From Ignavibacteriota bacterium (GTDB lineage: Bacteria > Bacteroidota > Ignavibacteria > UBA10030 > CAVZMI01), in assembly GCA_963776275.1 (NCBI GenBank), contig CAVZMI010000014.1, positions 115,083-179,082 on the forward strand: a stretch of 64,000 nt of DNA. Direction: 5' to 3'. Each line of letters starts with the position of its first letter. The stretch's first letter is position 1. Shown here piece by piece: positions 11,141 to 21,596 of this stretch. The notes under the pieces were generated by a model, which ran no database searches, was not told the DNA's origin, and saw only the letters and a list, made by a program, of their open reading frames with translations. The position numbers were made by a program, and so were the translations under genes.

Positions 11141-12688
11141 ATGAAAAGGAAGCTAAAACCAGGATTTTTTCTTCTTTTACTTTCGCTTTTACCATTGGGT
11201 ACATTGCCAGCTCAAACTGCAAAGATTAAAATTGATATCGATAGGACAATAGGAGAAATCGACCCAAAAATTTACGGGGTATTCATGGAACCTATCGAAT
11301 TTGACCCAAAGCGATTTGGTTCGAATGATACAATTATTCACAATACCCTTTATGGCACACTGTACGATCCTTCCTCTCCTCTCGCTAACGAAAACGGCTT
11401 TAAAAAGAATTTCATCGAGGCTGCACGAGAGCTTAAAATAACGAACATGCGCTGGCCGGGCGGTAACTATGTTGCAGGTTATAACTGGCAGGACGGTATT
11501 GGCCCGAAAGACCAACGGCCTGTTCGCAAAGAACTGGCATGGGGTGCTATTGACAATAACCAGGTCGGCACCGATGAATGGGTACAGTTAAATATGGCAA
11601 TGGGTTCCGAGAATGTCATTTGTATCAATCTTGGAACCGGAAACATCAATGATGCCCGCTATTGGGTTGAATATTGCAATTCGCCAAAAGGAACGTACTA
11701 CGCCAACTTAAGAAAAAAATATGGCCATGAAAAACCATATGGCATAAAATACTGGTGCCTGGGGAATGAAGTTGACGGTGAACCTTGGATTATGGGTTAT
11801 AAGAACGCCGATGATTACTGCAAAATTGCAAAAGAAGCTGCTAAAGTTATGCGGTACACCGATAATAGGATTAAGTGTATAGCGAATGGATCGTCGAATT
11901 ACGATAATACTGGCAAGTGGGTTGACTGGAACTGGAAAATAATCAACGAATTAAGAAATGTTGCCGACTACATATCCATTCATCGCTATTGGGATTATTC
12001 CGACGATTACTATGTCTATATCGGACAGCGGGCAATGGATCTAGAGGAAAAAATTAACATAACTGCTTCTCAAATTACAGCTGTTAAAACCATATACCGG
12101 TTACAAAAACCAATTTATTTGTCAGTAGACGAATGGGCACCTTTCAGTAGAGGTTTATTACCTGTTCTGGCAGTAGCCCAGTATTTCAACTCTTTCATAC
12201 GTCATGCCGATGTAGTTAAAATGGCAAACTATACCATGTTTACATCACTATTGAGCAACGACAGGGAAAAAGGAACGTTCAAAACGCCATTGTTTTACAC
12301 ATTCAAATTATTTTCGAACAATTGCCTTGGTAACTCTATCGACGCTTATGTACGCTGCGATACTTTTAATACAAACGATTGCAAAGGAATTCCATACCTT
12401 GATGTAACATCCGTTTATGGAAAAGAAACAAATACCCTCCTGATCAATGTTGTAAACCGTCATAAAGACAAAGCCATTAGTACAGAGATAATAAGTAATT
12501 CGGGCTCGTTCTCCGGGAACGCCCTAATAAGTGAGGTAAACTGCGATGATATTCACGCAGAGTTCACTTTTGACAAACAACAACAATATAACCCCATAAC
12601 CAAAGAAATGCTGGTTGAAGGAAACACGATGACCTATTCTTTCCCTGCCCATTCATTTGTTCAAATACAGGTGAAGATTAAAAAATAA
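11141..12688 (+). CDS. abfA: GH51 alpha-L-arabinofuranosidase
   Basis: IDPKIYGVFME, MRWPGGNYV..YNWQDGIGPKDQRP, YWCLGNEVDG, LSVDEW, RHADVVKMAN, FPAHSF; N-terminal signal peptide. Confidence 0.93.
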   Translation: MKRKLKPGFFLLLLSLLPLGTLPAQTAKIKIDIDRTIGEIDPKIYGVFMEPIEFDPKRFGSNDTIIHNTLYGTLYDPSSPLANENGFKKNFIEAARELKITNMRWPGGNYVAGYNWQDGIGPKDQRPVRKELAWGAIDNNQVGTDEWVQLNMAMGSENVICINLGTGNINDARYWVEYCNSPKGTYYANLRKKYGHEKPYGIKYWCLGNEVDGEPWIMGYKNADDYCKIAKEAAKVMRYTDNRIKCIANGSSNYDNTGKWVDWNWKIINELRNVADYISIHRYWDYSDDYYVYIGQRAMDLEEKINITASQITAVKTIYRLQKPIYLSVDEWAPFSRGLLPVLAVAQYFNSFIRHADVVKMANYTMFTSLLSNDREKGTFKTPLFYTFKLFSNNCLGNSIDAYVRCDTFNTNDCKGIPYLDVTSVYGKETNTLLINVVNRHKDKAISTEIISNSGSFSGNALISEVNCDDIHAEFTFDKQQQYNPITKEMLVEGNTMTYSFPAHSFVQIQVKIKK

Positions 12689-12897
12689 GCCAATAAACAC
12701 ATCAATCATATATCATAACCATAAAGCTTATCTAAAAGAACTGGATTAACAATTCCAAGAGTTGGTAAGGCTCCGTCAGGAAACTGATTCAAGAGAAATC
12801 CAGCTGCACCATGCAATATAATAGTGTATCGGTGAATCGTAAACCTTGAACATTTTTTTAATGCTGATGGATGGCAAAACTTGAAAGATACATGCTT

Positions 12898-14755
12898 ATG
12901 AAAAAAAGTCTAAAACTGGGATTTGTTTTTTTCTTCCTTTCGCTTTTACCAATGTCTGCACAACGACTGCAAAGCGATAATGGAGATGGGACTTATACCA
13001 ATCCGGTTATTTATTCTGATTTTCCGGATCCCGATGTAATCCGTGTAGATTCTATCTATTATATGGTTTCAACGACCATGTTTATTTTTCCCGGAGTAAC
13101 CATACTCAAATCGTACGACCTGGTAAACTGGGAATATTGCAGCAATGCAGTACAGCGGATGGATTTCAGTCCATGCTACAATCTCGATGGCTGCAACAGG
13201 TATTCGCATGGGCAATGGGCAACCAGTTTAAAGTATCATAATGGTAAATATTATTTATTATTCATAACACTTGATGAAGGTGGATTTCTCTGTACTGCAA
13301 CAAAACCTGAAGGGCCCTGGGAAATAAAGAAATTGCCCAGAGGATTTTATGATCCCGGTTTGTTTTTTGACGATGACGGAAAAATATATGTGGCACATGG
13401 ATATAGTACATATTAATATTACTGAACTGGATACAAATTTTGCAGCGAAAGGCAATGATGTCTTGGTTTTTACCGGCGATATCCGGTCCGGACTTGAAGG
13501 TACCCATGTATATAAAATTAATGGTTACTACTATTTATATTGCACATATGGAGGCGGAGACGGATTTCAGGTAGCTCTGCGTTCAAAAAATATCTATGGC
13601 CCTTATGAAGAAAAGATTGTTATTAGAGACAACGGAAATTTGGGTACAGGTATTCATCAGGGGGCGCTCGTAGAAACACAAACAGGTGAATGGTGGTCGG
13701 TTATTTTTCAGGATGGAGGTGCGTTTGGACGTTTTCCCACTTTACAACCTGTAACATGGCAGGATGATTGGCCAATGGTCGGCGTTAATGGAAAAGGTGT
13801 TGTAACATATAAAAAGCCAAATGTGGGGAAGGAGTATCCGATTACAATATTGCCCACTTCTGATGAATTTGACAGTACCAGCCTTAGGCATGCAGTGGGG
13901 ATGGAACCATAATCCGGATTCAACCAAATGGTCGCTGACGCAGAATCCCGGGTACTTAAGACTTACAACAGCCAAAGTTGTATCTAATTTGCGTGATGCC
14001 CGCAATACCCTTACGCAAAGAATTTTTGCCTATTATTCGAGATCTGTTGCTAACAACTGCTACTGTTAAAATTAATGTTGATAATATGCAAGATGGCGAT
14101 GTGGCAGGACTTGCAGTTTTTCAAAATCCATATGCATTTATTGGGATTAAAAAAATGAATGGCCTCAAATATGTTGTAATGGTAAACAATGGAAATACTA
14201 TTGATTCTGCCTTCATAGATACCTCAACAGTATATTTAAGAGCATATGCTTATTATGGCACAAGCCGGGCTTCTTTCGCATATAGTCTCGATAATCAATC
14301 ATTCACAAAACTCGGCAATGAACTCGTCGATGCAATTCAGTCTTTCTATTTTTACCGGGAATAAATTTTGCCTTTTTAATTATGCAACAATAACTACAGG
14401 CGGATTTGTCGATTTTGACTGGTTTAGAACAGGTATGCCTACACGAACCGAAGTTGCCCCTGAAGAAGGTCTTCCATCGAACGATATGCCCCATAACTTT
14501 TTTTTAGGACAGAATTATCCGAATCCCTTCAATCCCACAACGGCAATTCAATTTTCGATTCCGAAGAGCTCATTTGTGACATTACAGCTGGCCGACGTCC
14601 TTGGAAAGGAAATCCGCGTATTGATATCAGAACAACTACAGGCGGGTAAATACCGCATTAACTGGAACGCAGAGGATTTGCCAAGCGGAGTGTATTTTTA
14701 TCGTTTAAAAGTCGGAAATTTTATGAATACGAAGAAAACGGTGCTCTTGAAGTGA
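12898..14755 (+). CDS. GH43 (GH43_10-like) arabinofuranosidase/xylosidase + T9SS CTD, split by four single-base frameshifts
   Basis: Consecutive ORF pieces 12871, 13349, 13821, 13978 and 14246 join into DNGDGTYTNPVIYSDFPDPDVIRV..YDPGLFFDDDG..GLEGTHVYK..IHQGALVETQTGEWW..SDEF..LGMQWGWNHNP..GFVDFDWF..QNYPNPFNP. Extra bases occur near 13411, 13888, 14048 and 14326. Confidence 0.85.
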
Positions 14756-14875
14756 TGTTCCGTCATCAAGAACCATTGCCAGGAGCTGGCGCGGGTGATA
14801 TGATTGCTGATTCTGTTTTTAGGGCCGCGCACAGTTCTAATAGTAAGGCCTACAGAATTCAATCCAGAAATTCCG

Positions 14876-14906
14876 AGTGCAACTTACTTTGAAAGTGAGT
14901 CGCACT
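14876..14906. repeat. REP-like palindrome or terminator hairpin
   Basis: AGTGCAACTTACTTT-G-AAAGTGAGTCGCACT is an imperfect inverted repeat followed by a T-rich stretch. Confidence 0.55.
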
Positions 14907-15301
14907 TGTTTTTGTATCTGGTGTTATTTAAATTATGCATTAATTACGGCTTGTTATGGCGAATGGGGATTTTATTATTACGGGAAGATGAATGTCTGTA
15001 GATCTCTTGAAAGGTGAAAAGTCATAATTATTCAGGCGGAGTCGGGTCTCGTGGGCGGTAGGAAGTTATATGCAATCTTGATAATCATGGTTTTGGTAAT
15101 CGTCTTTCTGCGCAGCCGGGTATGGAACTGGGGACCTCTGGATGCCATATACAATTATACGGTCGATAATAGGAAGTTCTAAACCTTTTGCCGGCTTCTC
15201 CGATGTCCGCCGTTGTGCGGGATTCCGTGCTATTACCGGATGCAGAATCTTCTGCTACGGGTGTCTCACTGGATATCTTAAACACTAAAACTTATAATCA
15301 A

Positions 15302-17245
15302 ATGAATTCAAAAGTTAATTGTGGCAAGCTGATTTTTATTCTCTTATTTTTCTTGTCTGTCTCAACTTTTAGCCAGGTGAGACTTCCCCGACTAATAAGT
15401 GATGGCATGGTATTGCAGCGCGATGCTAAAGTAAAAATTTGGGGTTGGTCCGCTAAGAACGAAAAAATTTCAATTCATTTTATTGATTCGACATACAACA
15501 CGACAGCAAATAGTGACGGGGAATGGAATTTGATACTTGCAAGAATAAAAGCCGGCGGCCCGTATCAAATGCAAATAAATGCCAGTAATGTCATCATAAT
15601 TAACGACATTATGATCGGCGACGTGTGGGTGTGTTCAGGACAATCCAATATGGAATTGCCGATGAAAAGGGTAAGCCCGATTTATCAAAGCGAGATCGCA
15701 AACTCGGAAAACAAGTATATCAGACAGTTTTTTGTTCCACAAGTATACGACTTCAATGAATCACGAAAAGACTTACATTACGGCAGCTGGATAGCGGTAG
15801 ATCCTCAAAACATTCTGAATTTTTCGGCAGTCGCCTACTTTTTTGGGAAAGAAATTTATGATAAATATAAAGTTCCTGTGGGTTTAATCAATGCCAGCCT
15901 GGGAGGTTCTCCGGCAGAAGCATGGATCAGTGAAGAGTCTTTAAAGTCGTTTCCTGCATATTATGCTGAGGCACAACTATTTAAGAATGACACACTGATA
16001 AAACAAATAGAGGAGCGGGATAACACGAGAATCCAGGCGTGGTACAGCCTGTTGAGGCAAAAGGATGAAGGTTATCGAAATCCGCAAAAACCGTGGTATG
16101 ATCCGGATCTGAATACATCCGATTGGGCGACCATGAAAATTCCCGGATACTGGTCGGATACTAAACTTGGGATGGTAAATGGTGTTGTATGGTTTAGAAA
16201 AAAGGTAAATGTCCCTTCCACATTAGCCGGAAAAGAGGCAAAACTGATTCTAGGAAGAATCGTGGATGCAGATTCTGTTTTTATTAACGGCGTTTTTGTC
16301 GGAACGACAAGTTATCAGTATCCCCCCAGACGATATGAAATCCCGTCAAAATTATTAAAGGAAGGTGAAAATACCATCGTTGTCCGTGTCATTAGTAATG
16401 CGGAGAGAGGCGGGTTTGTGTTGGATAAGCCATATGAAATAGTGGTCGGGAATGTGTCTATTGACCTGAAAGGCGACTGGTACTATCACCTCGGAGCCGC
16501 AATGGAGCCGTTAGCAAGTCAGACCTTCATACGATGGAAGCCGTCGGGTTTATATAACGCGATGATTGCTCCGCTATTAAATTATGGAATTAAAGGTGTA
16601 GTTTGGTATCAAGGTGAAGCTAACGCAGATAGACCCGTTGAATACAGAGAACTTTTTGCTACGCTTATTCGGGACTGGAGAAAAAATTGGAATCAGGGTG
16701 ATTTTCCTTTTTTGTTTGCACAACTGCATAATTTTATGGAAACGAAAAGCGAGCCCTCCGAAAGTAATTGGGCATTATTGAGAGAAGCTCAACTTAAAAC
16801 ATTATCGTTACCAAATACCGGAATGGCTGTTACTATTGACATTGGAGAATGGAATGATATACACCCTTTGAATAAAAAAGAGGTAGGGAAAAGACTTGCA
16901 CTCGCTGCTCAAAGAGTGGCCTATGGTAATAAAAAGGTAATTTACTCGGGTCCGATTTATGAATCCATGAAAATTAAGGGGAAAAGAGTAACATTATCAT
17001 TTAAGAACATTGGCAGTGGCCTGGTTGCAAGGGGAGGCGGAGAGCTAAAGTATTTTGCAATAGCTGGAGCTAATAAGCAATTTGTTTGGGCAAAAGCTAA
17101 AATTCAAAAGAATAAAATTGTAGTATGGAATGATAAAATTTCAGATCCTGTAGCCGTTAGATACGCGTGGGCAGATAATCCTGAAGGGGCAAATTTGTAT
17201 AACAAAGAAGGCTTGCCCGCATCTCCCTTCAGAACCGATGAATAA
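15302..17245 (+). CDS. Sialate O-acetylesterase family (SASA/SGNH) carbohydrate acetylesterase with inserted beta-sandwich
   Basis: LPRLISDGMVLQR, GDVWVCSGQSNME, GGSPAEAW, KGVVWYQGEAN, DIHPLNK, VRYAWADNP, GLPASPFRTD. The ATG at 15302 precedes a signal peptide. Confidence 0.9.
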   Translation: MNSKVNCGKLIFILLFFLSVSTFSQVRLPRLISDGMVLQRDAKVKIWGWSAKNEKISIHFIDSTYNTTANSDGEWNLILARIKAGGPYQMQINASNVIIINDIMIGDVWVCSGQSNMELPMKRVSPIYQSEIANSENKYIRQFFVPQVYDFNESRKDLHYGSWIAVDPQNILNFSAVAYFFGKEIYDKYKVPVGLINASLGGSPAEAWISEESLKSFPAYYAEAQLFKNDTLIKQIEERDNTRIQAWYSLLRQKDEGYRNPQKPWYDPDLNTSDWATMKIPGYWSDTKLGMVNGVVWFRKKVNVPSTLAGKEAKLILGRIVDADSVFINGVFVGTTSYQYPPRRYEIPSKLLKEGENTIVVRVISNAERGGFVLDKPYEIVVGNVSIDLKGDWYYHLGAAMEPLASQTFIRWKPSGLYNAMIAPLLNYGIKGVVWYQGEANADRPVEYRELFATLIRDWRKNWNQGDFPFLFAQLHNFMETKSEPSESNWALLREAQLKTLSLPNTGMAVTIDIGEWNDIHPLNKKEVGKRLALAAQRVAYGNKKVIYSGPIYESMKIKGKRVTLSFKNIGSGLVARGGGELKYFAIAGANKQFVWAKAKIQKNKIVVWNDKISDPVAVRYAWADNPEGANLYNKEGLPASPFRTDE

Positions 17246-17437
17246 AAACATCAAGTGATGTCTTGGTAACAGAGATTTAGGTAGCAGTCTTTAGTTAGTT
17301 TTCTGTTTTAACTCCGATCTGCCCATAAAGCCAGAGGAGTACCGGAGGTGAACAGAAGGTGGATATGCTGTAAAAGAATTTTATGATTTTCTATGCACGA
17401 TTAATTTTGCATCAATAAGAATTATCTAAAAGGTATT

Positions 17438-18748
17438 ATGAAAAAGATTTCTTATTCTTTATACATTGCAGTAATTCTAGAATTCAATGTAGTGTGCTAC
17501 TCGCAAAACGTTGTTTCGCCGTACGAAGTCGGCACATGGTTGGGATTTCGAGATGCAGCTATAAGCTACACTTTTGATGATAATTGCTCCAATCAGCTGG
17601 CTTTAGCTGTACCCATGTTTAATAACTATGGGTTTAAACTGACCCTTTTTACCGTCACAAATTGGTCACCCAATTGGACTGGCCTCAGAAGTGCCGCTTC
17701 ACAGGGCCATGAGATTGCCAATCATACCGTATCGCACGCGAACTTTGGTACGCTGACAATAGACCAACAAAAAGCGGAAATTTCGAATGCTTCGAACTTG
17801 ATAAACTCAAACGTAACCGATCAGAAATGCATCACTTTTGCCTATCCGTATTGTGCTGAGGGAAAAGATTCACTTTGTGCACTGTATTTTGTAGCCGCAA
17901 GAGGTTGCCAGGGATTTATTGAACCAAGCACACCCGGTAATTTTATGAATGTAAGCTCGATCATATGCGGAAACCTGGGATCAGTAAAAACAGAACAAGA
18001 TTTTAAGACCAAAGCAGACAATGTCGCTTCCTCAAAAGGCTGGTTGGTTTATTTAATTCATGGTATTGATAACGACGGCGGTTATTCACCCCTGCCGTCG
18101 GTCACACTGGCGGCAAGCCTTGAGTATTTGAATACCAATAAGGAAAAATTTTGGGTTTCTACCTTTGGGAATGTTGCCCGCTACATTAAAGAACGAAATT
18201 GTTTATCGGTAACAGAAACGTCCTACCAGGACAGCAGCATTACGGTGCAGGTTGCCGACACGCTAGATAATGAATTATATAATGTTCCGGTAACCGTACG
18301 CAGGCCGCTTCCGGAAAATTGGTCATCGGCAATCGCGACGCAAAATGGACTGCCAATTAATGCTTCAATCGTAGACATTGATTCAATCATATATGTAATG
18401 TTCGATGCTATACCTGATGCAGGCGAGATTGAACTTGCAAAAACCAGTGCGACAGGCATTAAGACATCACGGGGATCTTCGCCTGTAAACTTCACCCTAG
18501 ATCAGAACTATCCGAATCCGTTTAACCCTACAACTCAGATCAACTACTCGGTTCCGAAAAGCGGTTACGTGTCGCTGAAAGTATTTAATCTTCTTGGAGA
18601 GGAAGTGGCGACACTGTTTGCGGGCATACGGCACCCTGGAAAATACATCGCCACTTTTGACGGTGCCGGATTTGTAAGCGGCGTTTACTTATACCGACTA
18701 CAGGCCGGAAATGTCTCTATCGCCAGGAGATTGGTTCTTATAAAGTAA
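17438..18748 (+). CDS. Polysaccharide deacetylase (CE4/NodB-like; possible acetylxylan esterase) + T9SS CTD
   Basis: AISYTFDD, GHEIANHTVSH, FAYPY, WLVYLIHG, FWVSTF; QNYPNPFNP tail. Confidence 0.85.
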   Translation: MKKISYSLYIAVILEFNVVCYSQNVVSPYEVGTWLGFRDAAISYTFDDNCSNQLALAVPMFNNYGFKLTLFTVTNWSPNWTGLRSAASQGHEIANHTVSHANFGTLTIDQQKAEISNASNLINSNVTDQKCITFAYPYCAEGKDSLCALYFVAARGCQGFIEPSTPGNFMNVSSIICGNLGSVKTEQDFKTKADNVASSKGWLVYLIHGIDNDGGYSPLPSVTLAASLEYLNTNKEKFWVSTFGNVARYIKERNCLSVTETSYQDSSITVQVADTLDNELYNVPVTVRRPLPENWSSAIATQNGLPINASIVDIDSIIYVMFDAIPDAGEIELAKTSATGIKTSRGSSPVNFTLDQNYPNPFNPTTQINYSVPKSGYVSLKVFNLLGEEVATLFAGIRHPGKYIATFDGAGFVSGVYLYRLQAGNVSIARRLVLIK

Positions 18749-18955
18749 GGCTTCTTCCCGGACAGCACGAATCTCTTCTTCCAACGGACAATGGATCTAT
18801 TCGAAACAGGATACTAAAACATCATCACGCACTTTTTTCATCAATTGTCTTGCAGTTTTTACCGGATTGTCTTACTTTCTTATTATATCAACCTCCCGAT
18901 TGCCGGAGTACTTGCGAGTCAATGTATTAATAAATTTAAAAACAGCGAGGGTCGT

Positions 18956-20455
18956 ATGAGTAATGGGATTCAGAAACTTCCACTGAGAGAAAAAATAGGT
19001 TATGGATTTGGCGATTTAGCGTCCTGTCTGTTCTGGGCGACGATCATGTCACAATTGCTTTTCTTTTATACTGATGTATTTGGTCTGACAGGGAAAGCCG
19101 CGGGGTTGATGTTTTTTGTTTCCAGGATACTCGATGCTTTATTTGACGTGGTCATTGGCATGACAGCCGACCGGACTAAAAGCCGGTGGGGTAAATTCAG
19201 GCCATATATACTTTGGGGGGCTGTCCCGTTGGCTGTGGCCGCAGTTCTGGCTTTCACGACACCCGATTTTGGAGATACCGGGAAACTGATATATGCCTAT
19301 GCCACATTCATCGTTTTTATGTTTCTCTATTCCACGGTCAACATTCCGTATACAGCGTTGCTGGGCGTGATAAGCGGCGACCCGGTGGAGAGAACGAGTG
19401 CCTCATCTTTTAAATTTGTAGGTGCATATTTAGGCGGTTTTATTGTTTCCGCTACAGTTCTGCCGTTTGCCGCGCATTTTGGTCAGGATAATGCCGCTAA
19501 AGGATGGCAGATGACGATGGGCATCTATGGTATAGCGGCTATTGTTTTCTTTTTAATAACGTTCCTTTCAACGCGCGAACGTATTCAACCTATTGCCAAA
19601 GAAAAAACATCGATAAGGGACGACTTGAAGGACTTGTCAAAGAACGTACCCTGGATGTTGTTATTCGTCGTAACGATTCTATTTATCCTGTTTGTCTGCA
19701 TCCGTATGAGCGTGACCACACACTATTTCAAGTATTATGTCGGAGAACAGGCCAGTCCGTTAGTTGCCCAAATTTATAATTTCCTGTTGAAATATATCAT
19801 TAATCCGTTGTGCGGCATTTTCGGATGGCAGCAGAACATTCTGCTCGACGAAACTCATAAATTTGGCTATGAAGTGCTCGCGTCTATTTTTAATACGCTC
19901 GGACAGGGAACATCTCTTATCGGTGTCCTTCTGGTTCCCTGGTTTGCCAAGCTTCTTGGAAGGAAGAATGCGGTGATAGTTCTCTTTATTGCCGCGATGA
20001 TTTTCACCGGCTCATTTTATTTCTTCAAACCGGAAAACTTAGTGCTGATTTTTGTTTTCCAACTTTTCGGATCATTGACGGGGGGACCGATTTCCGCGCT
20101 TTTGTGGGTTCTGTATGCCGATACGGCCGACTATTCCGAATGGAAGACAGGCAGAAGGGCCACGGGACTTGTTTTTTCGGCTTCAATAATGTCGAACAAG
20201 ATTGGATGGGCTGTCGGGAGCATGATCGCAGCCTTAATCCTGGATAAGACCGGATTTATTGCCAATGTGGTACAAAACATAGATGTCCTGGATGGTTTGA
20301 AGGCGATGATGAGCGTAATCCCGGTTGCGATTGGAGTGGTTGCCTTAATCATTCTGGCTTTCTTTTATAAATTAGATGAACCGACAATGAAAAAAGTTAA
20401 GATGGATCTAGAGTCGAGACGACAAGAGAGTGGAGAAAAAGCTGCAACTGCATGA
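18956..20455 (+). CDS. GPH-family (MFS_2) glycoside:cation symporter
   Basis: EKIGYGFGD, FFYTDVFGL, ADRTKSRWGKFRPY, NIPYTAL, ADTADYSEWKTGRRATG; GAGG RBS before the ATG at 18956. Confidence 0.93.
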   Translation: MSNGIQKLPLREKIGYGFGDLASCLFWATIMSQLLFFYTDVFGLTGKAAGLMFFVSRILDALFDVVIGMTADRTKSRWGKFRPYILWGAVPLAVAAVLAFTTPDFGDTGKLIYAYATFIVFMFLYSTVNIPYTALLGVISGDPVERTSASSFKFVGAYLGGFIVSATVLPFAAHFGQDNAAKGWQMTMGIYGIAAIVFFLITFLSTRERIQPIAKEKTSIRDDLKDLSKNVPWMLLFVVTILFILFVCIRMSVTTHYFKYYVGEQASPLVAQIYNFLLKYIINPLCGIFGWQQNILLDETHKFGYEVLASIFNTLGQGTSLIGVLLVPWFAKLLGRKNAVIVLFIAAMIFTGSFYFFKPENLVLIFVFQLFGSLTGGPISALLWVLYADTADYSEWKTGRRATGLVFSASIMSNKIGWAVGSMIAALILDKTGFIANVVQNIDVLDGLKAMMSVIPVAIGVVALIILAFFYKLDEPTMKKVKMDLESRRQESGEKAATA

Positions 20456-20548
20456 TCCATCAAAAAATAGACCAAAATAATAATTCAAGTGCGGGGGGAA
20501 AGTACCACGCATCAATCGTTAATATTGACAGGGTAATAGGATTCACAT

Positions 20549-21541
20549 ATGAAAAAAACAATAATCGGAAACGCGTTACCAAATATTCCGTGGGAAGAAA
20601 AACCGAAAGGAAGTACCGATGTCCTCTGGAGATACAGCCGGAATCCAATAATCGATTGGAATCCGATACCTAAAGCTGCGCGTATTTTTAATAGTGCTGT
20701 ATTGCCGTGCAACGGCGAATTTGTCGGAGTGTTCAGGGCAGATCAAAAAAACGGACGGGCAACATTGTTCTCAGGAAAAAGTAAAGATGGACTTGCATGG
20801 GAAATCGGGCCGGATCCAATCCAATGGGTAAATGAGAAAGGGAATCCGAATCCGACAAGTTACGCCTACGATCCAAGGTTGGTACAGATCGATGAGACTT
20901 TCTATATCGTCTGGTGTGACGACATGCACGGCGCGTCGATTGGTTTAGGTAGAACCAAAGATTTTAAAACATTTATCCGTATGCCAAACCCGTTAATGCC
21001 CTTCAACAGAAACGGCGTCCTTTTCCCGAGAAAAGTCAACGGCAAATATTTATTGCTCAGCCGGCCCAGCGACAGCGGACATACGCCATTCGGTGATATT
21101 TTTTTAAGTGAGAGTCCTGATCTCATCCATTGGGGCAACCATAAGTTTGTAATGGGTAGAGGCGGACAGGGCTGGTGGCAAGGAACAAAAATAGGAGCCG
21201 GACCAATTCCGATTGAAACTACAGAAGGATGGTTATTATTCTATCACGGTGTTTCGTTTACCTGCAACGGTTTTGTCTATAGTTATGGGGCGGTAATACT
21301 GGATATCAATGACCCCAGTAAGATATTATACAGAACCCGCGATTATCTCCTTACACCGGAAAAGTTATATGAGACGACCGGCTTTGTGCCAAATGTAGTC
21401 TTCCCTTGTGCTAACCTGTACGATGCGGATACCGGGAGAATTGCCGTTTACTATGGTACAGCCGACACCTGTACTGCTGTCGCCTTCACACAGGTAGATG
21501 AATTAATTGATTATATCAAGAAAAATTCGGAAGTATTTTAA
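20549..21541 (+). CDS. GH130 beta-1,4-mannoside phosphorylase (RaMP2/UhgbMP-like)
   Basis: LPNIPWEEKP..LWRYSRNPII, IFNSAV, YAYDPR, PFNRNGVLFPRK, LSRPSDSGHTPFGDIF, KIGAGPIPIET, GFVPNVVFP. Confidence 0.9.
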   Translation: MKKTIIGNALPNIPWEEKPKGSTDVLWRYSRNPIIDWNPIPKAARIFNSAVLPCNGEFVGVFRADQKNGRATLFSGKSKDGLAWEIGPDPIQWVNEKGNPNPTSYAYDPRLVQIDETFYIVWCDDMHGASIGLGRTKDFKTFIRMPNPLMPFNRNGVLFPRKVNGKYLLLSRPSDSGHTPFGDIFLSESPDLIHWGNHKFVMGRGGQGWWQGTKIGAGPIPIETTEGWLLFYHGVSFTCNGFVYSYGAVILDINDPSKILYRTRDYLLTPEKLYETTGFVPNVVFPCANLYDADTGRIAVYYGTADTCTAVAFTQVDELIDYIKKNSEVF

Positions 21542-21596
21542 GTCTCATATTTCTGTACGATGATGCTCTCGATAAATCGCTTGGAGGAGTTATAAA

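Noticed and set aside
12898-14755. Programmed frameshifting or phase variation in the GH43 gene
   Set aside because: The four shifts are at unrelated, non-slippery contexts and match the window-wide indel pattern.
14920-15300. Long intergenic region as ncRNA or gene remnant
   Set aside because: No recognisable RNA motif or protein similarity by eye; the upstream extension of ORF 15188 is probably not translated.
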